A DNA stretch of 64,000 nucleotides from Minisyncoccota bacterium (lineage in GTDB: Bacteria > Patescibacteriota > Minisyncoccia > Moranbacterales > UBA2206), in assembly GCA_031291955.1 (NCBI GenBank), contig JARLIA010000009.1:1772-65771 (forward strand), read 5' to 3'. The notes under the pieces are model-generated. The model saw nothing but the letters and a program-made list of their open reading frames with translations. It was not told the origin of the DNA and searched no databases. This document shows positions 39,237 through 48,346 of this stretch, piece by piece (positions within the stretch are counted from its first letter, which is position 1; each line of letters opens with the position of its first letter). The position numbers and the translations under genes are program-made.

Positions 39237-39264
39237 GTAGAGCCCCGCTTTGGCGAGGCTCTAC
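39237..39264. repeat. GTAG-type REP-like palindrome
   Basis: gtagagccccgc-tttg-gcgaggctctac. Confidence 0.55.
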
Positions 39265-39291
39265 GATAAATCATAAGAAAATAATAATCAA

Positions 39292-39918
39292 TCAGTTTCC
39301 TTTCTTTTGAGAAATAACATCACTCCACTGATAAGTCTTACCGGTAATTTCCTGGCCTTTCTGATCATTTGGAGAAATCCCAACCTTGGACAGATCCATG
39401 GCGTAACGCCTTCGGGCGGTCGTGTCAAGGATCGGCCGTCCGTCCGGGCCGTTTTTGCCGGTGTCCTTTTGGGTGGCTTGCGTCAAAATTTCCGCTTGTT
39501 TGTCAGTCAAGTCCACCAGCAGAATCAGGAAGCCGGTCTTTTCCGCCAGAGAAAATTGATGATTACTCGGCATAATCAGCACGATATCGCCGCGCTGATA
39601 ACACTGACTCGTCTGGCCGACCGGACATTTGGTATTCTCAATCTGGACCAACAACTTATGAGCAGTCGCCTTGCCCATTGTGGCCGCTTGAGAGAGCGAC
39701 ACTTGACTGTCAGTCATCTGAGCGACCAACTTAGACCGCTGATATTTCCGATAGCCGAATATTCCCCCGCCAACAACCACAGCTAAAATTATTACTGCCG
39801 CCAACCAAAACAACCACGATCGACCACGCAAACTTCGCCTAATCGCGTCAAAAGTCAGAAGAAATAAATTTTTGATAATGATTGGGATCAACCGAATGGC
39901 ACGTAAAATTTTTTTCAT
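39292..39918 (-). CDS. Hypothetical membrane-anchored protein
   Basis: 208-aa ORF with one TM. Confidence 0.7.
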   Translation of the reverse strand: MKKILRAIRLIPIIIKNLFLLTFDAIRRSLRGRSWLFWLAAVIILAVVVGGGIFGYRKYQRSKLVAQMTDSQVSLSQAATMGKATAHKLLVQIENTKCPVGQTSQCYQRGDIVLIMPSNHQFSLAEKTGFLILLVDLTDKQAEILTQATQKDTGKNGPDGRPILDTTARRRYAMDLSKVGISPNDQKGQEITGKTYQWSDVISQKKGN

Positions 39919-40031
39919 TGGTTTAAAATTATATTTTTATTAGCTAGCTACATTATAGCCTAAAAAAATCTAATTTAAAAGGAGCCTGACGGCTCCTGAT
40001 GCCACAAATACGGCCTCTGATCTAAAGTTAT

Positions 40032-41474
40032 TCAGACTTCTTCCACCTTCACCAGACTCATGTGCTCGCGCAAGGCGCCCGGTCGTCCGGCCACAATGAT
40101 CACTCTTTCTTTCGGTTCGACCAGATTATTCTTCAAAAGCGTATCGATAGAACGGTCAATGAGCTCATCCAAAGTCCGACATTCCGGCAAAACGAAAGTT
40201 TCCACTCCCCAAACCAAGCTCATCTGATAGTGCACGCTTTCATTGTTAGTCATGACCCAGACCGGACGGTCCGGCCGATGGCGAGCCACCATCCGGGCCG
40301 AAAAGCCGCTGGTACTGGCCGCCACAATCGCTTTAGAATTAGTATCCTTCAAAAGTTCATGGGCGCTGTGAGCAATGGCCGCCGAAACAGTGTGTGATTT
40401 GTCTCCCAAAAAACCATGCGCCAGAATATCAAAAGGCGATTTTTCTGTTTTCAAAATGATGTCGCGCATGACGCGAACCGCTTCGGCCGGATATTTTCCA
40501 TTGGCTGTTTCTCCAGACAGCATAACTGAGTCAGTGTGATCGATAACAGCATTGGAAACATCCGAAACTTCTGCTCTGGTCGGCCGCGGATTTTCAATCA
40601 TCGAATTCAACATCTGGGTGGCCACAATAACCGGCGTGGCATTCCGAAGACAACGTGAAATGATTTCCTTCTGATAGATAACCACCTTGCTTTCTTCCAT
40701 CTCAATGCCCAAATCCCCTCGCGCTACCATGACTGCGTCCGTGGCCTTAATAATTTCCACGATATTTTTGATAGCTTCTTTTCGTTCAATTTTGGAAACA
40801 ATAAGAGGGATTTGCTCATCGCGGCCCAGCATTTTCTTGATCTTTTCCCGGGTTGCGATAATCTCGGCGGCATTGGCCACAAAAGACAAGGCTACAAAAT
40901 CAACCCCCTTCCCCAAAGCAAATTTCAAATCCACTTCATCTTTTTCCGTCACCGCACCAATCTTCAGCTTGGCGTCCGGGATATTGACGCCCTTGTGATT
41001 CTTGACGACGCCGCCGTCCTCAACTTTGGCGACCAAATAATTATCCCCTTTTTCAACAACATTAATTCTCAATAACCCGTCTTCGATAAGAATGTCATTA
41101 CCTATTTCAATGTCAGCCACAATCCCCGGCCAATCCAGGCCGACAATCTTAATCTCCGGATTTAAGATTTCAGATTTTTCAACCGAACTATCATAAACGT
41201 AAATCCTTTCTCCTTTTTCAATCTCAACGTCCTCATCAACCACCGTCCTGATTCTAGGTCCCTGAAGATCAGCCATGATGCCAACAGCCATGCCCATCTC
41301 CTGGCGCAATTCTTTGACATAATCGATAATCTGTCCGTTGGACTCATGCGTACCATGGGAAAAATTTATCCGGGCGACATTCACGCCCAGCTCGATGATT
41401 TCCCGAATTTTTTCCTTGCTGCCGGTCGCCGGCCCCAACGTCGCGACAATTTTGGTTCTTTTAGTTGTATTCAT
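40032..41474 (-). CDS. pyk: Pyruvate kinase
   Basis: TKIVATLGP, RINFSHG, MVARGDLG, ATQML, MLSGET. Confidence 0.97.
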   Translation of the reverse strand: MNTTKRTKIVATLGPATGSKEKIREIIELGVNVARINFSHGTHESNGQIIDYVKELRQEMGMAVGIMADLQGPRIRTVVDEDVEIEKGERIYVYDSSVEKSEILNPEIKIVGLDWPGIVADIEIGNDILIEDGLLRINVVEKGDNYLVAKVEDGGVVKNHKGVNIPDAKLKIGAVTEKDEVDLKFALGKGVDFVALSFVANAAEIIATREKIKKMLGRDEQIPLIVSKIERKEAIKNIVEIIKATDAVMVARGDLGIEMEESKVVIYQKEIISRCLRNATPVIVATQMLNSMIENPRPTRAEVSDVSNAVIDHTDSVMLSGETANGKYPAEAVRVMRDIILKTEKSPFDILAHGFLGDKSHTVSAAIAHSAHELLKDTNSKAIVAASTSGFSARMVARHRPDRPVWVMTNNESVHYQMSLVWGVETFVLPECRTLDELIDRSIDTLLKNNLVEPKERVIIVAGRPGALREHMSLVKVEEV

Positions 41475-41540
41475 ATTTATTATTATATTCGCAAAAAATA
41501 AAACAGGCAACCACAAAAGTTGCCCGTTTTAAAATATAGG

Positions 41541-41924
41541 CTACAGAATTTTGATTCCGCCAATGAGTGGCAACGGTTTCATCTCGCCTTTGGCCGCCGC
41601 AACAATGCCTAAAATCATAAAAACAATGCCTGCAATCCAGACGATGAACTCGAGCAAGAAACCAATCAGAATGATCATGAGAACAGCCGAAACGATCCAG
41701 CCGAGAACCCAGAAGAGAAGCAGGTTCAACTGCTGGCCGGCGTGGAATTTGGCAAAAGGACTGTTTTTCGAGGAATCATTAATAAGCGGGACGAAAAACA
41801 AAATCGGCACGATGTAGCCCACAATCGCCATTACCTTATTCTTTTCGGCGTCGGAGCTCTCCGCTTTCGGCGCGGAATCACTCTGCTCCGGCATATTTGA
41901 ATTTTTTGTGTTTTGTTCTTCCAT
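41541..41924 (-). CDS. DUF4870-like membrane protein
   Basis: FAKFHAGQ, KPLPLIG. Confidence 0.75.
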   Translation of the reverse strand: MEEQNTKNSNMPEQSDSAPKAESSDAEKNKVMAIVGYIVPILFFVPLINDSSKNSPFAKFHAGQQLNLLLFWVLGWIVSAVLMIILIGFLLEFIVWIAGIVFMILGIVAAAKGEMKPLPLIGGIKIL

Positions 41925-42062
41925 ATTACACCCCCGATCTATTTTAAAAAACCTGATCTGCTTGTCTATTATTTTACAATGCTATGTCCGTTTTTCTTGC
42001 TTTTATCGTAACATGGGATGGAAAATAAGCCAACCAAAAAACGTCATTCGGAACGCGCCAAA

Positions 42063-42962
42063 TTACACTTCCATCCCCCGCAAAGCCTTCACCCTGTCTT
42101 CTATAGGCGGATGAGTCATAAAAAGTTTCGAGATTTTTTTGCCGCGGAAAGGATTGGAGATGAACATGTGAGCGGTGGCGCGATTGGCTTCTTTCAGTGG
42201 AGTTGGGTTGGCCGAGATTTTTTCCAAGGCGCGGGCCAGCCCTTCTGGATATCTGGTCAGTAGCGCTCCGTCGGCGTCGGCCAAAAATTCCCGGCGGCGG
42301 GAAATTGCCAACTGCATGAGAACCGCCGCAACCGGCGCTAAGATCGAAAGAAGGATAGCCACCACGATCATGATCATTTGCAATTGCCCGCCTTCACTGT
42401 CGTTTCCGCGCGAGCGCATTCCGCCAAAAAAAGTCCAATTTCGGAACCAATCAGCCATCAGTACCACAAACCCAACCAAAACAGTGACGACTGTTGAGAG
42501 CAGAATGTCGCGATTGCCAATATGGGAAAGCTCGTGGGCAATTACGCCTTGTAGTTCCGACTTCTCAAGCTTATCAATGATGCCGGTCGTGAGACACACC
42601 ACGCCGTGCTCGGGGTCGCGCCCGGTGGCAAAAGCGTTGGGCGAACTGTCTTGAATAATATAAATCTTGGGGAGCGGCAGACCGGCAGTGATGCAGAGAT
42701 TTTCGACGAGATTATAGATTTCGGGGTTGCTCGCCCGGTCGACCGGTCGTGCTTTAGACATCGCGAGAACGATTTTGTCGCTCCACCAATAGGAAACAAA
42801 ACTCATGCCGACCGAAAAGATGACGGCAATATACAAAATTATGCTTGAGTTAAGGGCGGTCGCAAAAACATAGCCGATCAAAATCACAAACACCAAAAAC
42901 CCGGTGATATAGAGCCAGGTCATCCTAATATTCTTATCCGCTTGATTGTATAAAGTTGCCAT
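42063..42962 (-). CDS. htpX: Zinc metalloprotease HtpX (M48)
   Basis: PNAFATG, HELSH, SRRREFLAD, THPP. Confidence 0.95.
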   Translation of the reverse strand: MATLYNQADKNIRMTWLYITGFLVFVILIGYVFATALNSSIILYIAVIFSVGMSFVSYWWSDKIVLAMSKARPVDRASNPEIYNLVENLCITAGLPLPKIYIIQDSSPNAFATGRDPEHGVVCLTTGIIDKLEKSELQGVIAHELSHIGNRDILLSTVVTVLVGFVVLMADWFRNWTFFGGMRSRGNDSEGGQLQMIMIVVAILLSILAPVAAVLMQLAISRRREFLADADGALLTRYPEGLARALEKISANPTPLKEANRATAHMFISNPFRGKKISKLFMTHPPIEDRVKALRGMEV

Positions 42963-42978
42963 AAATCAGTAATTCTGA

Positions 42979-43536
42979 CTAAAATTGCACATCCGGCACT
43001 GCCTTTTCTCCTTCTTCCGTCTCGAAGAAATCGCGCTTGGTGAATCCCAAAGAATTCGCCATTAGATTGGTCGGGAAAGATTCAATCTTTATGTTCAAAT
43101 CGCGGGCGTTGGCATTGTAGAACCGGCGGGCGGCCATGATCTTGTCTTCTGTGTCGGTCAACTCCCTTTGCAATTCCAGGAAATTCTCATTGGCTTTCAG
43201 TTGGGGATAATTTTCGGCGACCGCAAAAAGACTGCGAAGCGCCCCGGACAAATTGTTTTCCGCTTGGATCTTGTCGGCAGGCGCGCCGGCGCCGGCCGAA
43301 ATGGCTCGCGCTCGGGCTTCGGTCACGTGTTCAAAAACTTCTTTTTCGTGAGCGGCATAACCTTTCACGGTGCTTACCAGGTTAGGAATGAGATCGTGCC
43401 GGCGCTTCAGCTGAACGTCGATGTCACTCCAAGCTTCATCCGTCCGGTTTTTTAGCCGAACCAAGCCGTTATACATCCCAGCAATGACAGCCACGAAAAC
43501 AACAATCAGAACAATAATTATTACGAGTCCGAACAT
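42979..43536 (-). CDS. lemA: LemA family protein
   Basis: IDVQLKRR, ENYPQLKA, RRFYN. Confidence 0.95.
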   Translation of the reverse strand: MFGLVIIIVLIVVFVAVIAGMYNGLVRLKNRTDEAWSDIDVQLKRRHDLIPNLVSTVKGYAAHEKEVFEHVTEARARAISAGAGAPADKIQAENNLSGALRSLFAVAENYPQLKANENFLELQRELTDTEDKIMAARRFYNANARDLNIKIESFPTNLMANSLGFTKRDFFETEEGEKAVPDVQF

Positions 43537-43636
43537 AGATTTATTCTTAATGATTACCTTCCCAGTCTAGCAACTTTCCGGCCAGATGTAAAATATGATA
43601 TACTTGATTTATACGCATTATTAAAATAAAAAAATT

Positions 43637-44089
43637 ATGTTTAATCTGTCAAAATATTTGATCTTTCTCGTGCCGATCGCCGTCTGGTTCATCGTTCAGG
43701 GCATTAAGTTTCTTCTTTTCTCTATGAAATACGGCTGGGACATTCGGGAAACTTTGGCCCACGTCAGCTACGGCCACATGCCCAGCGCCCACACCGGTTT
43801 TGTGACGGCTCTCGTAACTTCAGTCGGCTGGTACGATGGATTAAGCTCGGGCGCTTTTGCCGTGGCCTTGATTTTGGCTATCATGACCATCGATGATTCG
43901 ATTCGCCTCCGCATGTATATCGGCAGCCAAGGCATGTATTTCAACCGGCTAGTGGCTCGCCTCAACTTGGACGAAACAGAATTTCCCAAACTCAAAGAAA
44001 GAATGGGTCACCGGGTGGACGAAGTCATCGTCGGCGGAATCCTGGGTTTTCTTTTTACCATCCTTTTGATCAATCTCTTGAGTCACTAG
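43637..44089 (+). CDS. Divergent PAP2 family protein (DUF212)
   Basis: GHMPSAH, QG, GH..EV..G. Confidence 0.88.
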   Translation: MFNLSKYLIFLVPIAVWFIVQGIKFLLFSMKYGWDIRETLAHVSYGHMPSAHTGFVTALVTSVGWYDGLSSGAFAVALILAIMTIDDSIRLRMYIGSQGMYFNRLVARLNLDETEFPKLKERMGHRVDEVIVGGILGFLFTILLINLLSH

Positions 44090-45383
44090 TCGACAGTTCT
44101 TCCAAAATAACTCGCTTGTCGTTCCAAGGAATTTTTTCATTCCCAACCATCATGTTTTCTTCCGCCCCTTTCCCGGTCACAATCACCACGTCACCCGGCC
44201 GGGCCAAAGCCAGCGCTTTTCGGATGGCTTCCCGCCGATCCATGATCTTCCAAAAGTTTTCGTTCTCTATTTTATGCTTTATACCCTTGGCCACTTCATT
44301 GATGATTTGCCACGGATCTTCTCCGTAAGGATCCTCGTTGGTAAGAATCATGAGGTCGGTATGTTTGTCGACTATCTCACCCATCATCGGCCTCTTTCCC
44401 CGATCGCGTTCTCCGCACGATCCCATGACCGAAATCACATGCGTTTTGAGCGTATTTTGACCAGCCGACCTTTTTCGGATAAGACTAACCAGGTTATATA
44501 ATTTTTCCAAACTATCCGGCGTCAAGGCATAGTCCACGATGATATCGATATTTTTGTCGTTCGGAACATGCTCCATCCGACCCGGCACGCCGGTGATTTT
44601 TTCCAAGGCGGTTTTCATCGTATCCATAGCTATTCCTTCCGCCAGACCGACCGAAACAGCCGCCAAAGCGTTTTCCACATTGAAAAGTCCCGGCAGTCGC
44701 AGTTCGAAACGCGTTTTGTCCACGCTGAAGTGGGCGTAATTAATACCCAGATCAATATCCGCCGCCCGGACAGTTTCGATATGGCCGCAGTCATATTTCC
44801 GAACGTCGACATCTGCGCGAGTAGTAAAGCCATATTTAGCAATGCCACTGGCACAATCCAGATAATCCTTGGCATTGGTCATATCAAGATTGACTACCGC
44901 AATCTGGACACGCTTAAACAGTTTGAGTTTAGCGATCCGGTAATGCTCCATATTTTTGTGGTAATCCAAGTGTTCCCGCGTCACATTAGTGATAACGGCC
45001 GTCCGATACTGGACGCCCCAGACCCGGTTCTGGTCGAGCGAATGAGAAGAGGTTTCCAAAACGACATACTCACAGCCGGCATCAACCGCCTGACGCAGGA
45101 ATTTTTGAACGCTAAACGAAGACAGCGTGGTAAATTTAGTCTTATTGATCCACTCCTTCTCCGCAATCTTGAAATTGATGGTCGAGGCCATGGCAATTTT
45201 TTTCCCACTTTCTTCCAAAATCCGTCCAATCATCTGAACGGTTGTTGTTTTGCCGTTGGTGCCGGTGACACCGATAACCTTAAGCCCTCTGGAGGGAAAG
45301 CCATAGACATAGTTGGCCGCCGCGGCTTGCGCCAAGTGGTAATAATTTTTTGTTTTTTGCGGAACCAGTGATTTTATGTTCAT
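44070..45383 (-). CDS. murE: UDP-MurNAc-tripeptide synthetase MurE
   Basis: GVTGTNGKTT, ETSSH, EHLDYH, PGRME, GERDRGKR. Confidence 0.9.
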   Translation of the reverse strand: MNIKSLVPQKTKNYYHLAQAAAANYVYGFPSRGLKVIGVTGTNGKTTTVQMIGRILEESGKKIAMASTINFKIAEKEWINKTKFTTLSSFSVQKFLRQAVDAGCEYVVLETSSHSLDQNRVWGVQYRTAVITNVTREHLDYHKNMEHYRIAKLKLFKRVQIAVVNLDMTNAKDYLDCASGIAKYGFTTRADVDVRKYDCGHIETVRAADIDLGINYAHFSVDKTRFELRLPGLFNVENALAAVSVGLAEGIAMDTMKTALEKITGVPGRMEHVPNDKNIDIIVDYALTPDSLEKLYNLVSLIRKRSAGQNTLKTHVISVMGSCGERDRGKRPMMGEIVDKHTDLMILTNEDPYGEDPWQIINEVAKGIKHKIENENFWKIMDRREAIRKALALARPGDVVIVTGKGAEENMMVGNEKIPWNDKRVILEELSTSDSRD

Positions 45384-45387
45384 AATT

Positions 45388-46422
45388 TCAAATATAACTT
45401 TTGACTTTCTGAATACTACGATAAAGCCAATATTTTCTTTTGTCCAGGACTATATCGCAGCAGCCGGGAAATTTGACAGAGGCGGTGGCCGGCGAAAACC
45501 CTGATTTGAATCGGGTGATTCCCTCTCCCGTTTTGGTGTTTATACCGCCAAAATCATACTTTTGGCAGCCGGATGCTTTGGCGTCCAAAATTTGACGCCA
45601 TTGCAACAGGAACGGTGCCATGACGTTTCTGTATTCATCGTCTGATGCTCCGTGAAGATATGTACAAACTTCACCGTAGAATATTACCAGATTGGCGCAA
45701 ATAATCCTTCCCTCATATCCGGCCAGGTATAATTTCAAAACCCCCTCCGGAATCGTTTCGAACATTTTCTGATAATAATTCCCCGGATGCGTGGCAATCT
45801 TGTTCCGTTCACCCATAACTTTGGTTAGTCTGATAAATTCTTCGATATATTTCTCGCTTTGCGCTCCACGTTCCACGCTCCACGCTTTTACGCCCTTCTT
45901 CTCCGCGAGCCGAATATTATACCGTGCCTTGCTTTTCATCCCGGCCAGCATTTCTTCTTCTGAATTAGCAATATCAATCATGAATAATTCCCGCGGCTGC
46001 ATATCATGCGGCGCCGGAACAATTTTATATTTGGTATTTTTTTTGATTTCTTCCAATATTCCCTCTGTCGCCGGCTCAATCCTCACCCACCCGGCTTTTT
46101 CTTTTTTCGCTAAATTTATTAAGTTTTGTATTTGTTTTGAAATTTGGTCATTGGAACTTGAAAATTCATTGAAAATTGTCTCGCTTCGCGAGATCCGGCG
46201 TAGCCGGAAAAATTGAAAATTGAAAATTGGACCTCTGGGTACGTAAAAATATTTCCCGACAATCGGAAGCTGATGTTCAATAACGTTGGCATAAAATCCC
46301 TCCGCGGAAATATTGTACGTTTTCCGTCCGACACTCTCCTGAAATTTCCGCCACTCCGGTGATTGCAAAAAGCCCCCGTCGGGGGAATTTTGCTGGATGA
46401 ATTTTAAAATATCATTATCCAT
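45388..46422 (-). CDS. FemABX-family aminoacyl-tRNA-dependent peptidoglycan bridge transferase
   Basis: FLQSPEW, YVPRGP, RYNIRLAEKKGV, YLHGAS, YDFGG, FKSGF. Confidence 0.9.
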   Translation of the reverse strand: MDNDILKFIQQNSPDGGFLQSPEWRKFQESVGRKTYNISAEGFYANVIEHQLPIVGKYFYVPRGPIFNFQFFRLRRISRSETIFNEFSSSNDQISKQIQNLINLAKKEKAGWVRIEPATEGILEEIKKNTKYKIVPAPHDMQPRELFMIDIANSEEEMLAGMKSKARYNIRLAEKKGVKAWSVERGAQSEKYIEEFIRLTKVMGERNKIATHPGNYYQKMFETIPEGVLKLYLAGYEGRIICANLVIFYGEVCTYLHGASDDEYRNVMAPFLLQWRQILDAKASGCQKYDFGGINTKTGEGITRFKSGFSPATASVKFPGCCDIVLDKRKYWLYRSIQKVKSYI

Positions 46423-46424
46423 AG

Positions 46425-46949
46425 CTAATTCGATTGCCAAACCACTTTTTTTATCCCGGGAATCTGGAGCAAGTTCACTTCGACTTCCGGTTGACAAGAA
46501 CACATCACAATCGATATTCCAGCCCAGCCTTCGATCGGAGAAATCTCCACGACTCCACTAACAACTTTGAAATTAGTCTGTTTCAAAACCTCCTGGCACA
46601 TTCCGTCAGTCGCCAGGACCGCCGTCTTTTTAGCCAACTCCACATCAGTGAGACCATCTTTTGGAACATCTGAGGTTACTTTTGCAGTAATGGTTTTTCG
46701 GTATCCTTCGCTATCCATGGCCACGCCGTTGCAAAATTTGGTCTTGTCTTGGTTGGAAACGAGATAGGTGATTTTCCCTGTTTGACCTATCGGTTTATTT
46801 GCCTGTTCGGTTTTATCAATTGATTTGACTGCCGGCACTGGCAGAGATGCTGGCTTAATTACCGGTTTATTTGCCGCAAAATAAGTCGCTACCCCGATGG
46901 CGATGATGATAATAGTTCCTAAAATCGCGATGGTGATCTTTTTGCCCAT
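46425..46949 (-). CDS. Hypothetical exported protein
   Basis: N-terminal TM, several Cys. Confidence 0.7.
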   Translation of the reverse strand: MGKKITIAILGTIIIIAIGVATYFAANKPVIKPASLPVPAVKSIDKTEQANKPIGQTGKITYLVSNQDKTKFCNGVAMDSEGYRKTITAKVTSDVPKDGLTDVELAKKTAVLATDGMCQEVLKQTNFKVVSGVVEISPIEGWAGISIVMCSCQPEVEVNLLQIPGIKKVVWQSN

Positions 46950-47070
46950 AAAATTGATAATTTGATTATACCTAATTTAGACTGCCCCCGCCAGCAACAA
47001 AAAACAAGACCTTTAAAGCCTCGTTTTTCTTGGAGCGGGTAGCGGGAGTCGGACCCGCATCTTAACCTTG

Positions 47071-47181
47071 CCTGCCCGCAGTGCTTCGCGTGAGCGAGAT
47101 ACCAGAATCGAACTGGCGTCCCTTGCTTGGGAAGCAAGTGTACTGCCACTGTACTAATCTCGCACATGCGAAGCAGGCGGG
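47071..47181. mobile_element. Palindromic insert with CCYGCC/GGCRGG ends carrying a tRNA
   Basis: Arms cctgcccgcagtgcttcgcgtg and acatgcgaagcaggcggg resemble the msrB palindrome. Confidence 0.65.
47093..47163 (-). tRNA. Inner tRNA-Gly(CCC)
   Basis: GCGAGAT/ATCTCGC acceptor, GTAC/GTAC D-stem, CTTGC-TTCCCAA-GCAAG, GCCAG-TTCGATT-CTGGT, U73; CCA not encoded. Confidence 0.9.
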
Positions 47182-47220
47182 GGAAGGTCACATAATAGCC
47201 GCTATACGATACCCCCAGGT

Positions 47221-47322
47221 TGAATTTTTAATTTCTAATTTTCAATTTCTAAACAATTTTCAATAATATAATTTCTAAATTGAGAAATTGGGATTTGTTT
47301 AGAAATTGAAAATTGAAAATTT
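47221..47322. repeat. AT-rich degenerate heptamer inverted repeat
   Basis: aattttcaatttctaaacaa ... ttgtttagaaattgaaaatt. Confidence 0.65.
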
Positions 47323-47324
47323 TT

Positions 47325-47897
47325 TTACTTCCGTCCCAGACTCTTCAACGCTTCTTTGATCCTGGCGCCAACATCTTTGATATCCGACGGCACCAACTTC
47401 AGCGCGTCCCGGGCTTCCGAGACAGTATAGCCCATCGTCGTCATTGCTTCAATAGCGTCGGAATCAATGACTGCCTCTTCTTTTTCTCCCACTGACAAAT
47501 CCGCTACTTTATTTTTTAATTCCAAAATGACCCGTGCGGCCGTCTTTTTGCCGATGCCGGAGACTTTAGTGAGAATGGACGGATCTTCGTTGAGAATGGC
47601 GGTGCGGATAGTCTTCGGAGTGGCGATCGAAAGGATGCCCATGGCCGCTTTCGGCCCGATACCGGAAATGGAAATCAAAAGTTCAAACATGTCCAATTCT
47701 TCGCTCGTCAAAAAACCATAGAGCGCCAGCGTATCTTCCCGGACATAGGTGTGAATGAAAAACGCGATTTCAGCTAGTCCCGCCACTTTCCCAAAAGTGT
47801 AAGCGGACAAAAACACTTTATAGCCGACGCCCGAAACATCCACCACCGCGTAGCCATTTTTCAAATATTCGATTTTGCCTTTGAGATGAGCGATCAT
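47325..47897 (-). CDS. ruvA: Holliday junction branch migration protein RuvA
   Basis: GVGY, VRED, LYGF, SGIGPK, GIGKKTA. Confidence 0.96.
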   Translation of the reverse strand: MIAHLKGKIEYLKNGYAVVDVSGVGYKVFLSAYTFGKVAGLAEIAFFIHTYVREDTLALYGFLTSEELDMFELLISISGIGPKAAMGILSIATPKTIRTAILNEDPSILTKVSGIGKKTAARVILELKNKVADLSVGEKEEAVIDSDAIEAMTTMGYTVSEARDALKLVPSDIKDVGARIKEALKSLGRK

Positions 47898-48070
47898 AGT
47901 ATTATTATCTTAGTCTTCTATTGCCAAAAACTCAAGGCTATGCTAAAAATAATGAGTCTCGAGTCTAATCAAGTTTATAAAGTAGCCAGTTCCTAAAGTT
48001 CACAATAGGTGCTTATAGAGTTTCCTTTACAGACTTTATGGGCCTTATGGACTTTACAACTCAAACAATT

Positions 48071-48346
48071 ATGCCAATCAAAAAATCCGCCAAGAAATAC
48101 ATGCGGGTGACCGAACATAAGACCGAAAAGAACCGCAAAATCAAAGGCCAATTCCGGAGCGCTATGAAAGCCACCCGGACTGCGGTCGCCAAAGGTGAAA
48201 CCGACAAAGCCCAAGAAAGCTTGAAAAAGGCCGTGAAGGCGCTCGACAAAGCGGCTCAGAAAAAAATCATCCATAAGAACAACGCTGCAAGAAACAAATC
48301 CAGACTGAATAAACTAGTCAAAAAGATGGTCAGAACCACTGATTAA
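48071..48346 (+). CDS. rpsT: 30S ribosomal protein S20
   Basis: KSAKKYMR, LDKAAQK, IHKNNAARNKSRL. Confidence 0.95.
   Translation: MPIKKSAKKYMRVTEHKTEKNRKIKGQFRSAMKATRTAVAKGETDKAQESLKKAVKALDKAAQKKIIHKNNAARNKSRLNKLVKKMVRTTD

Larger units (their letters stand above)
47031..47216 (-). tRNA. Outer tRNA-Gly(CCC) interrupted in the anticodon by a 111-bp insert (possibly degenerate)
   Basis: Joining 47216-47182 to 47070-47031 gives a 75-nt cloverleaf with TGACC-TTCCCAA-GGTTA, U73 and CCA; G2.G71 mismatch; T-loop TCCGACT. Confidence 0.8.

Noticed and set aside
47071-47181. Insert as a group I intron or archaeal-type BHB intron
   Set aside because: Only 111 bp, most of it a tRNA; no room for a group I core and no clear bulge-helix-bulge at the junctions.
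47221-47322. CRISPR array or replication origin
   Set aside because: No repeat-spacer periodicity, no cas genes and no DnaA-box cluster seen.
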